From Mayamaea pseudoterrestris (taxonomy: Eukaryota), in the NCBI GenBank assembly GCA_027923505.1, contig BROI01000027.1, forward strand, positions 248,001-312,000: a DNA stretch of 64,000 bases. The letters run 5' to 3'. The notes below the pieces were generated by a model. It saw only the letters and a program-made list of their open reading frames with translations. It was not told the DNA's origin and searched no databases. Within the stretch, counting starts at the first letter, position 1. Each line of letters opens with the position of its first letter. The position numbers and the translations under genes are program-made. Shown one piece after another: positions 36,148 to 48,100 of this stretch.

Positions 36148-37683
36148 ATGGCGACGATTGATGTAACGACCTACAAGCGTGCCGTCGGTAAAGTCTTTGA
36201 TATTCCGTGGCTCGCAGCGTCCGCAGCTTGGGATCCAAACGACCCTACCGCAATATGTTTTGAGCAAGAAGAACTCACGACTGCGGAGGCGATGGCTGAG
36301 TTGTCGGACCAAGACGTGACGAACATTAAGACCCAGCATCAGTGGTCGACGATACGAACAAGCCGATTGCGCAAGCTCTTGAGTTGGATTCACGAGCAAC
36401 GTCGGACGACTGCGCAATGGCAAGACTTAGAGAAAGACCAGATTACGAGCCGAGACCTCCCAGTAGCACCGGGGTCACCGACAGCAGGAAACCGCAGTTT
36501 CGGAGACTTCAGCGTTATCGGAGGCAACGACACCACGACGAAACGACACGACATCAAGCTGGATTTGAAGACCATGCTGGAGCTCAAGAACGATCGCAAG
36601 TTCTGCTCCTACTGGCGGGCCTTCAAGAACCGCATGCGAAGCGAGCGACTTGGCTATTTTTGGGACGACGAGTTCAAGGCACCAGCCGCACTCGACCCCG
36701 AATTCGCCGAGTATAAGTATCAGTGTTCGAAGCTTTTAGCGGCGCTCGAGTATACCTGCAAGACACCGCAGAGCAAGCTCATTGTCCGCAAGCACATCGA
36801 CAGCGCGAATGCCTCAGCGTGCATTGCAGAGTTGGAGGCGACATTTCTCGACGGGATGGCGCGCAAGTTGGATCTACGTTCGGCCGAAGACGAATGGCGC
36901 AATTTCACTCTCGACGCGAGTTACGCCAAGTCTCTCGTCAATTGGCTTATACAGTGGTCCAGCAAGGAAGAGAACTACAATGACTACGCCGAGGAAACCG
37001 AGCTACTTACAGCAAGCACGAAGCGTCAGATTTTGGAGCGCGCGGTTTTCCGCCATGCGGATATGGCATCGGCGGTGAACATGGCGCTGATCGAAGAGTC
37101 CAAGACCGGCAACCCGATGACGTACACCCAGTTTTGGAACCTCCTGAACGACGTCGCACGTCAATCTGACAATCGTCGTGGCATCAAGGAGACCGAGAAG
37201 CGCCAGGCGAACCAATCTGAACAAACCAAGAAAGAGAAGGAGAAGACGAAGAAGGCAAGCGCGAACAATTCCCAGTCTACGCCAAGTAGCAGCAACAATC
37301 AGCAATCCAATCAGGGGGGCGGTGGTCGCGGCGACTTGAGCACGGGACGAGGCGGCGGCGGCGGCCGCGGTCGGGGAGATACTGTCGTATGTTCGCAGCT
37401 ATGCCGACACGAAGACGATCGAAATTCCCAGCGACGTGAATGCGACGATTCCACCAAACACGTGGCGAACTCCTTACCCGCGATCAGCAACATGAAGTGT
37501 TTGAACGCCGTGGTACGAAGTCGAGCGGCCAGTGCTGCAGGTGGTCTGACATCAGCAACACAGGCAGACACCACGCAGACGACGAGTACAACACGCAACG
37601 AACGTCGCAGCCACTTCATCAGCGGCAACGACGGCGAGTGCGGCGTGACCGCGTGTGAACAACACCAGCCGTGGCTCAGCTGA
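36148..37683 (+). CDS. Gag-like ORF of copia A (duplicate)
   Basis: Translation identical to 31647-33182. Confidence 0.75.
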   Translation: MATIDVTTYKRAVGKVFDIPWLAASAAWDPNDPTAICFEQEELTTAEAMAELSDQDVTNIKTQHQWSTIRTSRLRKLLSWIHEQRRTTAQWQDLEKDQITSRDLPVAPGSPTAGNRSFGDFSVIGGNDTTTKRHDIKLDLKTMLELKNDRKFCSYWRAFKNRMRSERLGYFWDDEFKAPAALDPEFAEYKYQCSKLLAALEYTCKTPQSKLIVRKHIDSANASACIAELEATFLDGMARKLDLRSAEDEWRNFTLDASYAKSLVNWLIQWSSKEENYNDYAEETELLTASTKRQILERAVFRHADMASAVNMALIEESKTGNPMTYTQFWNLLNDVARQSDNRRGIKETEKRQANQSEQTKKEKEKTKKASANNSQSTPSSSNNQQSNQGGGGRGDLSTGRGGGGGRGRGDTVVCSQLCRHEDDRNSQRRECDDSTKHVANSLPAISNMKCLNAVVRSRAASAAGGLTSATQADTTQTTSTTRNERRSHFISGNDGECGVTACEQHQPWLS

Positions 37684-40489
37684 TGCGAAGTTTCTAGGGT
37701 CCAGACCAGCCCACGACGACTCGGGGAGCAAATATTGCTCAGAGTCGCAAGTACAAAGTCGCGAGCATTGACTTGGATAAGCATTCAGCGCCGACGGTCG
37801 ACGCGCGCGAGTGGCGGGGGAGCGGACGGCCGCATCTTACCGAGGACAAGTTCCACAAGATTGAAGTCACTGGAGTCGGTGGCCCCAAGCCGACCTGTCT
37901 ACCGACACAGCAGTCGCCAAGCTTAAGAGACACCAAGGGTTGGGTCGTCGGTGAGTTCCATAATTACGCAACTGGAACCGGCAAGACGATTCATTCGAGT
38001 ATGCAGATGGAAGCCTTCGGATTCAGCAACGATAAGATTACAACTCAGGGGCAAGACGAATCGAAAACGCCAGACGGATAAGTTTATGCTCGAATGGAAA
38101 GTGGCATGGCGAACTTGCCAATGTTTCCAGTGTCGGCGCATGAGCTTCACACCTACCTCGGGTCATGATGACTTCGATGGGCCTTGGGATCCGAACGAGT
38201 TTGACGCCGAGCCGACCGAGGACGACGACCTCGGATGACGAGACGACGAGGACGACGACCGGACTTGTTGTCGCGGACGAAGACGACGAAGACAGTGACG
38301 ACGAAGAGGGCTCACGCGGTGACACGCTCGCGACGCGGAATCGCACCCACGCCAGAGCAACGGACGTATACGAACTCGGACACGACAACAACCGTACACC
38401 GAGAAGGAGCTGAATGTTTGTGCCGCCGCACAGAAGTACAATGCGGATTCGCCTATCAGCCCTACAAGCCGATCCTGCCAAAGAAACCCGGAGATCGACG
38501 ATTGCTGCCGAACTTTGCATGGTACCCGGCGCAGACGAACATGATACTTTGCGCCAAGCACGCAGTCAACATGCACGAGCGCCGACACCCCCCACGAATG
38601 CACCGAAAGAGCCGATTCCCGAACGCCTACCGCCTAGATGATCGAGTGGCCCATGACACCATGTTCTTCGACGAACCAGCCATGGATGACCAATCGACGA
38701 GCAGGAGGACATGCGTGCAGCTATTCTAGGGCTGTCGCAGCCAGATCATTGTCGTGGTACCCAGGGAGAAAGGTGACGACCAAACGACCGGATTTCATCC
38801 GCGAGTTTGGACCCGTGGAAGTCTTCCGGATAATGCGAAAGAAGGATGAGTGCCGAGTTTGCGAAGTAGCGCAGTTCAATTCGCCGCGCACACATCGGAG
38901 CACCGAAACAAACCAGCCGACGATCATCGGAGAAAAGAAAGTCGGAACGACTTGTGGACCGAACGGGCACTCCGGCATGCTTCTGGCTACGCGCTTTAAC
39001 TCTTTTCCAGACCGAGATATAACGTCATTTGTCGATCCTGCCTTGGACGGCAAGTCTCCCATCGAGTTTATCACTGGGCCTCCCCACGGTCGGGCCATTT
39101 GCATTTTTGCTGGTTTGAAATTGTCAACCACGTTGTCAAGGGGATGTCGAGGCCCCGGGCCGGGGCGCGCGCACTGGCTTGGTCCCGGCACGACGGCGGA
39201 GACGACCTGACGTGACTTCATCTGGCGACTGAGACACACGAGATCATGACGCGATCGGGTTTTGCTTACCCCGAAACGACCCAAAATTTTTGAACCTTCG
39301 CGCACGGCACCTGCTTCCCCAGTCATGAAAGAAGGGGAGCCGCGTCTCTATACCGTACCTGGTCTAGGAGGAGAGATCCTTACGCCGGAAATGATCAAGA
39401 AGATTACCGGACGCGACAGCAGAGACGACGATTCTTCATTCCGACGAAGACGAACCCTTGGCGAGACGGGAAGTACCCCGGAAGACGACGCATATGACCG
39501 ACGGGGAGCTAGATCCTAATCCTGCCGATGACGAACGACGACAAGCCGAAGAAGAAGAACAACTCAACGGGGCGCAAACTTCCGAGCAGCACCCGATGAA
39601 CTTATCGGCAAGTCGCTTCGCGAAGACGGACGACGGGCAAGAAGTCGGAAAGGACGGCGAGCAAGTGAACAACCGGCGACGCCCAGAACCACAAAACATT
39701 AAAACGATGCCGAAACGGCAACGGCGAAGATGAAACCATGTCCTATGTCGAGGTTTCCGACACGAGGCGGGAACCAAGACATGGCGAACCGAGCGTAAAG
39801 GTTCTTCAGAGATTCTAGACCATCAGGGTCCGCTGACGAGCAAGTCGAAGAACTGGAAGACCGCGAACGTGACAATGGGACGATGGATCCAAGACTTGGG
39901 AGCCCCAACGCGATGATCGAAAGCGACAAAGTATCAGTGGCAGCCTACGGGAAGCATAATCTCGACAAGGACGGATGGACATGTTGAACCGAGGGCCCGA
40001 ACGCCAAGAAGGCCAAGGTGGGCGACCGCCCGAATGGAGCAGCAGAAAGAAACGGACCGCGCACAGTTTGGAGTCCAAGTACCCCGAGATTGAAGAAGCG
40101 CGGCGTTTGCAGGAAGCTGCAGGGCACACGAAGCGGACGGAGCGGAAGGGGTGGAACCGGGACGAGCACGAACGCAAGATCTCGGTCCGAGTCCACCCCA
40201 CACACGGAAAAAGACGAGGTCCATTTTGTGCAGAGGGCCAAGCACGATTTGCGATAAAGGCACGTCTTCGCAGGCGGGCCACAGACGAAAAGACAACGAC
40301 GATGCCTACTCCAGTGTTATCTCATTGAAGGCAATGCGTCTAGCTCTCGTCATTGGAGAAGCGAACGGCAAGAAGTGCATGGTCGACATTAGGAATGCTT
40401 ATCTCAAGCGTTCACCAAGGAGAAGGTATACTGCTGGAGGCCCCGAGCTGGGGAGCGCCGAAGGACACATCCTGGCCACCGTCAAGGCT

Positions 40490-43400
40490 TTTGACGCGAT
40501 TCAACGAGCGAGCACGATTCACTTAACGCTAGCGTTCTACAAGAAAGTCATCTGGCTGCTCGAAATGGACGCAGAAGTCTGGACAGGTTTCACAACGATA
40601 CGACATTACGCTGACGCTTTCTCCGGAAGATTCAGATACAGAGGTAATGAGAATGATTGCCATCAAGAAACACATGGGGCAACACGACTCGGAAGACAAT
40701 TTCGCGAGTTGTACGCGCACTCAGAAGAGTGCTGCATCAAGTTACAAAAACCCATCGACGAGAGCAACCAGTGAGTAGGGAAAAAGAGGGCTGGGGCGCG
40801 AAAGCGGTTATCGGAACGGTAGGATCATGAAGAAACCTCACGGAGCGTGAAGGATGAAGTCTGGTTGGAGATGAAGTTTGATCAGCGAAAAGCAGTTGAA
40901 GGACAGCGACGGCGCCCAAGACACGAAAGGATGGCGACCGCGCAACCAACAGGACGGACGACCAGACGCAAGTCAACGCGGCGCATCAAGAGCGTCACGC
41001 GACGGAATAGAAGGAACGATCACGCGTGCTTCCTGGCACGATTAATATTCAGCCCGCATATGGATGTCAGTCCAAACGTGGGGTTTGCAAGTGGAACAGT
41101 GCGAGTACTACAACAGAGAAGAATCGGACGACCGATAACACGGACGAGGTACATTCAGTCAACATGCGCGGCCACGGCGCCAACGAGGGATCAAGCCCAT
41201 AAGGGCGAAAGGTTATGCGGAGAGACATGCTCGTCGTTTTCAAACGAAGCGAGTATTAGGTATTGAGATCATATTGTCCCAGCTCTCAAGATTGGCACTG
41301 CAGCTGGACTGGCAAAGACCCTAGTGGCGAAACCATTCTGCTTCTGTGTCACCAGTATGCTTTAAAGCCAGAGGACCGACGACCCGTCCGAATCATTGGG
41401 GACATTGGGGTCGAATATTCCACATTTTTGAAGAAATAATAAAGTACTTGCCATTGGCAATTCGCGATGGCCTGGTGTATCTGGACGTTACAACCACGTC
41501 GAGATTTGGATAAGTATCCGACCGTAGGAGCCGGGGACCGAGTTTACTGTGAGCACGCACGAGACGATTTCTCTTAACGAGACGAATGGATCTTGAATCG
41601 ATTCAATGACGTATCACGCACCGCAATCGCCAACGCGAAGCAGGACGAATTGAGCAGATCAATCGTGGAAGCCAGTTTTCACCGTTTTGCGGGAAGCTAA
41701 GAAGCAAGGAACCGGACCAAGGAAGGGTCCCGAAGGTCAACAGATTTACTCACAGAAGATGGTATCCTCCGCACACCGATTACCATTTCACACAAAGCCG
41801 AATTGGCGCAACATTCGCCACGACACGAACACTCGACACGCCAGTTGATGATGGAATTTAGGGCATGGGGAGTACTAAGATGCACTTTGTTGAATTTTAC
41901 ACGCGCGGTTACCCGAAGTGAAGTCGGAGAGCGAAATGTCAAACGCGTTAGAGTGATTTTATCCCGAAGTGGGCGTTTCCTAACGGGACTGCTCAGCGAC
42001 AATGCCAAGTCGGGAGACTGGCAAGGCTGTGAGGATTGTCGATTACGATATTCCCGGAAAAGCAGAAGATGAAAACATAAGCCAATGATGGAGAACCTCC
42101 AACGAGATTCAGTTGTTTTTGCTGATTAACGTAATCATGATACTAAACGCCCCGCGAGAAATCGATGGGACGCCAAGGAGGTTGTTTCGAAATCGGATAT
42201 TTCGCCTTTGTTACATTCTCAAGTGGTGGGAACTGGCCACGTTTGAGGCGCAGGGGAGTTTTTCGGCGGTACGATCTGGCAACGGGGGATTGGTGTATGC
42301 AGAGAATAGGGTCCGCACATGACTTTTCTCGCTCTGACGACGACCAGGGATTCCGCCAACGTGGTTGCAGTATTGTTACCACGAGAGTTGCCTTCCTTCC
42401 TGAGTCTGGAGGGGAGATTTCTGAAGAAGCTACACGCGCAAGCGAGCAAATTTTTGAAACTCCAGATCTCGCGACAGGACGCTACTAGGCACGCATGTGA
42501 CAGAAAGCAGTCACGATAACTACGAAGGAACGACGACGAAACAATTCGATGGCGAACCACGCCAACGTACCAGCGAAGTTCTTCAGAAGGGCTGAGCAAG
42601 AATCAGGGAATAAATGCCCTCTGTTCCTCTCCAAGCGAACCCATCGGACGCACGTTCGTAAGGGAACACGCAACGGTCAGAAAATGCGGAGCGACTGTAT
42701 GCGAATATATCGAAGTACGCGATAACGAGCTACTCAAACGACGAAAGGTTTCCTAACCAAATGGGAGAGGAGCCAGCGAAAGACTTAATAAGTTACAACG
42801 AACTGTCGGATTAATCGAACGACAGATGGACGAAGATATACGAAACGATCCGCGACTCAGTGGGTATTCACGAAGGTAATCGGACACGAGCTTAATTTGA
42901 AACCGAACGATCCGACATACAAAGGGAAGTTCAAGTAACGTTTTCGTCGAATGGACTGACGGAACGACGAGCGGGAGCCTCTCGCGATCATGAAGAAGGA
43001 CGATCCGATAACGATCGCAGAGTATGGACTCAAGCACGGCTTACTCGACAAGCCAGGATGGAAGCAGCTGAGCATTACACTCGAAGCGGAAAGAAGTTTC
43101 CGACAGATGGTAACAGCGGCGAAACGAAAATCGAAAAAGCAAACGGCGTACGCTTACAAATCCGTAAGGTTGCCGCGCAATTATAAAGATCGAAAGCTCG
43201 ACGAGATCAACGGCAACACGCTGTGGACGGATTGCGATTCGAACGGAATTAAATCAGATAAATGATTACGACACGCTCGCAGATCAAGGAGTCGGTAAGG
43301 TTATGCCGGCGCCGTGGAAACGAATAAACGTGCACATGATATTCGATGTCAAGCACGATTTGCGACGGAAAGCGACTCGTTGCAGGAGGACATATGACAG

Positions 43401-45122
43401 AGCCGCCGAAGGATTCAGTTTACTCGGGCGTTGTGTCATTGCGAAGTCTACGAATGGTAGCGATGTTAGCGGGAACTCAACGGTCTGGAACTGTGGGCAG
43501 CTGACGTCGGCAACGCATACTTGGAAGAACGAAAAGAGAAGGTTTATATCGTGGCAGGTCCGGAGTTCGGGGAGCTCGAGGTCACACGCTCACGATCGTG
43601 AAGGCATTATACGGTTTCGCACGTCAGGCGCACGCTGGCACGAAGCACTTTGCAGACACGCTCCGCGACATTGGCTTCATGCCGTGTATCGCAGAACCCG
43701 GACGGTGGATGCGCGATAAAAGCACGCACTACGAATACGTTTGTGTGTATGTCGACGATTTAGCGATAGCGATGAAGAATCCAGGAACTAACGGATCTTT
43801 TAATTGAGAACTACAACTACAAGTTGAAGGGCGTCGGTCCATTGGCATATCATTTTGGGCGCAGACGTTTGGCGAGACGACGACGCGTACTCTGCTTCGG
43901 AGCGAAGAAGTACGTCACAAGACTACTAGCGAACTACAAAGAAATGTTCGGGAACCGCGACCGCAGAAAGTCCACTACGCGCCGGCGATCATCCGAACTC
44001 GACGAAACGAAAGAACTTGACGACGACGGATTGCGAGTATCACTCGATAATTGGTGCGTTGCAATGGGCAGTAAGGTTATGTCGATTCGATATTCACTGT
44101 GCTGTCATGACTATGGGGAGATTCCGAGCTGCGCCACGAGCGGGGCACTTTGAACGGTTGAAGCATATTTGCGGATACTTACGAAGATACCCGGATGGAG
44201 CGATTCGATTCAACGTTTCGATTCCAACGGACGAGCGATACGCGACAGTTGACAAGATGGATTGGGATTACAGTGTCGTACGGCAAGATCTGCGAAGAGC
44301 TTCACGTGAACATGCCCACGCCGCGCGGCAAGGCGGTGCGAATGTCAACGTTCGAAGATGCGAACCTGTACCACGATTACACGACGGGACGGGCAGCGAT
44401 GGGCATGCTACACATGTTGAATGGAACAGTCGTTGATTGGTTTTCGAAACGCCAAGCGACGGTCGAGACGGCGACGTACGGCTCGGAGTTTGTAGCAGCG
44501 AGAGTGAGCACGGAGCAGATCATGGATCTTCGCTTCACGCTACGCATGTTGGGAGTTCCGCTCGACGGACCTTCATGGATGTTTGGAGACAACAAGTCGG
44601 TAACGCAAAGCAGCAACCTACCGCACTCTAGTCTGACGAAGCGACACAATGCACTGGCATTTCACCGTGTACGCGAAGCGATTGCGGCGGGAATTATTAA
44701 TTTCAACCACATCATGGGAACGACAAACCCGGCGGATGTACTTACCAAGTTTCTTCCACGGGCTACGGCAAGCAAGCACTTAAAGAACCTGCTCTTCAAG
44801 GAATCTAACTATTAGGTATGACTTGAGGGGAGTTGCAGGATGCGAACGAAAACAGCGAAAATCGGGCAAGTCACACCGAATGTCCGATAGGGTGACACAG
44901 CGGCACTCGCGGCTCACCACAGCCTCACGATCGCGTGATGCGTGGCAGCGACGGCTTCGAAGCGATTCAACAAGTATATTGCTGAAACTAGTGCGATATA
45001 GAGTAGAAACAAGCAGACTTACTAAGCTTGAAGAGTTAAGAAAGCGATTTATTCGTCTCTCGTATTGTAGCAACTGCAAGCTTGGATTGGCCATCCAAGG
45101 ACAGCTACAAGCGAAAGGTGCA
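40490..45122 (+). mobile_element. Ty1/copia LTR retrotransposon, family B (5' LTR missing, frameshifted)
   Basis: PR remnant (ALKIGTAAGLA), INT remnant (GLLSDNAKS), DDPITIAEYG, RT (INVHMIFDVKHDLRRKA, YVCVYVDDLAIA, IGALQWAV), RNase H (KRQATVETATYGSEFVAAR, FGDNKSV, KRHNALAFHRVRE, NPADVLTK) ending at 44815, then PPT and LTR. Nucleotide sequence and LTR differ from family A. Left boundary approximate. Confidence 0.85.
44834..45122 (+). repeat. Probable 3' LTR of copia family B (~289 bp, TGCA...TGCA)
   Basis: Follows PPT gaggggag (44825-44832); begins tgcagg, ends ggtgca; gypsy coding sequence starts immediately after. Only one copy is in the window, so the ends are inferred. Confidence 0.7.
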
Positions 45123-45123
45123 A

Positions 45124-48100
45124 CGATTTGATTTACAAGTTACAAGTGACGCCTGGACGCCTCCACTGCTCGCCTTGTTTCAAGAGCTCAAAGACGCCAT
45201 CACCTCATCGCCATGCCTTGCTCGCGCCAACGCCAACAAGCCCTTCTTTCTGCGCACAGACTGGGCCAAGCATGGCTTTGGCGTGGCTTTGTTACAACCT
45301 GACGACAGTGACGCCTCCAAAGCCGCGCTCGTGGCAATGGAACGCGGCGAGACATGCGTTTTTGACAAAACACTTACTGGACCGCGTCTACGTCCCATTA
45401 TGTTTCTTGCCAGGCGTTGTGAACCCAAGGAGGAGCATTATCACAGCATGGTTGGAGAGGCGGCGTGCGGACGGTGGGCAATCAGTAAGCTGCGCTATTA
45501 TTTGTGGGGCAAGAAATTTTACTGGATTACGGACTGCAGCGCCATCAAGGCACTTGTCGAGTATGAAGGCGACAATCATCTCCTTCGTCGCTGGGCAATG
45601 GACTTGCTTGGATACTCTTTTGATATTCTGCATCGGCCAGAGCGCATGATGAAGGATGTGGATGCTTTGGCACGGCATTACGACCCGTTGGTAAAAGCAT
45701 ACGTGCTCCACGCGCAGCAATTGCGTGAAGAGTCCTTTGCTTCTTCACCACAATCTTTTCTGCCTGTCGCACTCTCTCGCCTGGACGCCAAAGGAGGTCT
45801 CTCCACCACTCCAGCGTCTGCGACGTCCTTCCTCTTAGCAGCCACGCCATCTTCTCCAACCCCATTTCCTGCTGCGACAATGCACACTCATTGCACTATC
45901 TTAGCAAGCCATGGCAAACGCGCTGAACTAGCACATCAGGCTACACCTACTGCAGAAGAGCAGCTGCGTTTCAGTCATACCTCGGTTCGCTTTCAATTTT
46001 GCCCACCACTGATAGCGCGTGATGGTTTCTGTCAAGACAGTGACTTTCACCAAATGGCGGACGCTTGTGCCAACGCATTGCAAATGTCCTGGTTATCTTA
46101 TGGCAGCACTCCAGGAGCCGCTACTGCCAGTCTCGCAGTTTTGCCACCGACCAATTTGCTGTTTTTGGAGCGTTCAGCAGCACGTTTAGCCACTGCTCGC
46201 GCGCTCAATCCCGTATCTACCTGCCGTCTCTGCCCGTCTCTCAGGACGCTGCTTTCCGACACCTCTTTGCTTCATGGCTTTGATACTCTCCTGGGCTATG
46301 ATGCTACTTACTCGCCAGCAGACGGCTCTCATGACGACTGGATTACTATGCAGCTTGCCGCATTGCAGATGCTCCATCACCGCTGTAACCTGCACGGTTT
46401 TCTTTTATTCCTTCCTTTGCCCTGCAATCCTTTGGTCACGACTGGTCCTTCGCCTGCTCCTTTGGAATCACTTCTCCTTGCACATGCTCAACGTGAGGAC
46501 TCTCTTTGGACGACAACTACTTCCGTCCTCGCTAGTCATCAATTTGGCGATAATTTGTTTCGACAGACGATTGTCTTTCAAGGCGTCGCGCTCCACACAC
46601 ACGCTGAGCTTGCACTTCAGCTGCCTCTCCCATTGCTCTCCATGCCACCGCCCTACTCTCTCTTCTTGGATGACTTTATGAGTGATTGCCCCACTGCCAG
46701 CGCCACTGCCGACGTGCGTGTCACTCACTCGCCAGGCATCAGCAAGCAGCCAACGTACCCCTGTGCCATAGCGCAATTCCCTTGTGCTACTGGTGCTACC
46801 ATACCCATCTTACACCCTGAATTCCCCGCTTGCATACCACCGCTACGTCCAGAGTCTCCTTTCTCAGGAAGCTTCGCCATTCCCTTTCAACACCCCGATG
46901 GCGTTACAGACTTTCGGCCTTGCGCTCCACACGAATTACTGGGCATGCTTTCGCTGTCCGACACAGTGCAAGCAGCAGTCCTGTCTCTTTCTCTTCCAGA
47001 GCAGTTTTTACTTATCCAAGAATGTGTTGGTGTTTGCTGCTTCTCCGCTGTGCTTGCCACATTCTCGCAAGCGCTTTGCAACGCGCATTCTGATACTGCC
47101 TCAGCGTCCATGCCTACTGCCTCTCTCTTTGCCAACACTGCCGTCATTTGCCTTACAGCCACCAATTTGATCCCGTCACCCGCTCAATGGACAGCCGCTT
47201 ATGACTCCGATGAGGAATGCGCGCTGATTTTGACCAAGATACGCGAGGCAACCCCTTGGACAGCACCTGAGTTGCTTCGCGTCAACGAGTTGTTTCGCCC
47301 CCTGCTTCGCGCCAATCAATTCTGGATCGAGAATGAGCGCCTTATGTGTCTTAAACCTGTCCTTCGCGACCAGCGTGCCATTCAACTAATAGTGGTCCCT
47401 CACTCTCTCCGTCGGCGTGTCTTTGAAGCATTTCATTCCACACCCTGTGCTGGTCACATGGGCGAGCGCAAAACCTTCCTGCGCCTTCGTCTACGTTTTC
47501 TCTGGCCAAACTTGAAGCGTTTTGTGGAGCAAGCAATTCGCCGTTGCCCTGAATGTGTGTTGGCAAATGCTGTCCATCGGCCTGCTACCACTCTTTTGCA
47601 CGGCACCGTTCTGGAGCAGCCAATGGCGCTCCTTCACATAGATGCATATGCTCCTGGCGTTACTACCTCATTTCAAGGTGGTTACACGGGCCTTTTGACT
47701 GTGGTTTGTGACTTAACTGGTTTTGTTGTCGTCATTCCCTTTATCAAGGCCACAGCCGCGGCCTTTGCTTGTCATTTTTGCGCGGATGTGCTATTTAAAT
47801 ATGGCATTTGCTCTCGAGTCGTTATTGACGATGACAGCAAGTTTAAAGGCTACTTTAAAGACATGTGCGCCGCCCTGCAACTTGACTATTTAGTCCTTGC
47901 CAGAGGCAATCATCAAGGCTGTCGTTGTGAGCGCTTTCATCGCTACTTGAATAAAGTACTCACCATTGAGTGCTCCAAGCGCCGCAGCAATCAAGTCTAT
48001 GTGGAAGTCGCTGCCCTCGCAGCTTACGCTTCCAATTCTATGCCAATTGAAGGCACTGATATTGTACGCAGCTACGTGGTTTGTGGGCGCGTCTTCCGCT

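Larger units (their letters stand above)
35656..40490 (+). mobile_element. Copia A copy 3: LTR, gag, PR, INT and first half of RT, truncated
   Basis: Repeats copy 2 at +4501 bp, then continues into RT (KHDLR, AYSSVISLKAMRLAL, DIRNAYL, GPELG) before switching to different sequence near 40490 (boundary approximate). Confidence 0.88.

Noticed and set aside
45082..45123. Start of the 1428-aa ORF as a real gene start
   Set aside because: It is a TTG inside the inferred copia B LTR; gypsy-like coding begins about 45124.
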